Source: Wallemia ichthyophaga EXF-994 (lineage: Eukaryota > Fungi > Basidiomycota). From it: a stretch of DNA of 32,000 nt. The DNA is taken from the NCBI RefSeq assembly GCF_000400465.1, contig NW_008806280.1, positions 390,001 to 422,000 of the forward strand, read 5' to 3'. Of this stretch, positions 31,377 through 32,000 are shown in pieces. The notes beneath the pieces were generated by a model. The model made no database searches, was not told the origin of the DNA, and saw only the letters and a list, made by a program, of their open reading frames with translations. How positions within the stretch are numbered: the first letter of the stretch is position 1; each line of letters opens with the position of its first letter. A program made the position numbers and the translations under genes.

Positions 31377-32000
31377 ATGTCGAAAGCCGTGCCCATACGC
31401 CCGCCAGACGCTGCGCCGTCACCAAGCACACCCACAACCCCCAAATCCCAAACCGCTGTCCCCATAAAAGCATCGACGCCAGCGTTTGTACCCTCAGCCG
31501 CGGCACTCGCAGCGACGCACACGACGCACACGACGCAATCCCCCACCAAGACAGCCAGTCCGTCGGGGTTTGCGGCTACAGCGCCAGTATTTATTCCCAA
31601 GACGAGTTCGCCGTACGACGAGCAAGGCGATGAGGAAGCGACAGCGCCAACAGGAGCGCAATGGGAATGGAGTGGCATGGACAGCGAGCTGAGCGGGATA
31701 TACGACAATTCTACCAGCTACCCACGCCACCCACTCCAGTACCATCTCTACGTCCCTCCACCGCCATACAAGCTAATCCACAATGTAAATCTCTCCCAAT
31801 TCTTCCTCCATCAGGACACACACAAGGCTATAACTGAAGCGCACGAGTCACAGCTACGTGCACCTCCACCTGGGCTGCGTCTGCCCGAGCGACTGCACGT
31901 CTACCGCGACCTCTATCCGCTAGACGAGGGTATCGGGCCAGGTGTAGGATTGGCGAGTTATCCGACGTACGTCTACCGCGCAACATCGGAGAGAGACGGT
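31377..32000 (+). CDS. PAN3: Pan3 subunit of the PAN2-PAN3 deadenylase, 5' part (runs off the window)
   Basis: Open frame from ATG 31377 to the window end, not in the ORF track. It contains MSKAVPIRPP, PAM2-like FAATAPVFIPK, PLQYHLY, LPERLHVYRDLYPL and YVYRATSERDG (start of the pseudokinase domain). Confidence 0.82.
   Translation, partial: MSKAVPIRPPDAAPSPSTPTTPKSQTAVPIKASTPAFVPSAAALAATHTTHTTQSPTKTASPSGFAATAPVFIPKTSSPYDEQGDEEATAPTGAQWEWSGMDSELSGIYDNSTSYPRHPLQYHLYVPPPPYKLIHNVNLSQFFLHQDTHKAITEAHESQLRAPPPGLRLPERLHVYRDLYPLDEGIGPGVGLASYPTYVYRATSERDG

Noticed and set aside
1-32000. CRISPR arrays, transposons, rRNA/tRNA genes, or a horizontally acquired or secondary-metabolite cluster
   Set aside because: No spaced direct repeats, terminal repeats, transposase/RT motifs or structural RNA signatures were seen. 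All genes are eukaryotic, and most carry host-type introns.

Overview
Eukaryotic, very gene-dense fungal genomic DNA. It is basidiomycete-like, and the 40-58 nt introns and sub-100-bp intergenic gaps suggest a Wallemia-type compact genome (inference). I assembled 18 protein-coding genes by hand with 34 GT-AG introns, and every spliced model closes in frame. In order they are: Ser/Thr kinase-like (+), Djp1/Caj1-type J protein (-), Lsh/Irc5 Snf2 ATPase (+), 1743-aa coiled-coil protein (-), SRP receptor beta (+), USP deubiquitinase (-), JTB-like membrane protein (+), RRM protein (-), TAF10 (-), Prm10/ThrE (+), Cfd1 (-), aldo-keto reductase (+), GCLM-like (-), TFIIB (+), Sgd1/NOM1 (-), BolA (+), importin beta (-), Pan3 (+, runs off the window). 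I saw no rRNA, tRNA, transposon, CRISPR or prokaryotic-looking island. I cannot demonstrate a wholly new multi-gene system. The best leads are: (1) near-perfect strand alternation with 15-90 bp divergent start-to-start gaps, (2) a fungal JTB-like protein, (3) a kinase with the catalytic Lys replaced by Arg, (4) a Cfd1/AKR/GCLM/BolA Fe-S/glutathione neighbourhood, (5) an orphan hairpin-masked intron downstream of CFD1, and (6) a 9-nt micro-exon inside the USP Cys box. Family calls rest on motifs recognised from memory, not on database searches.
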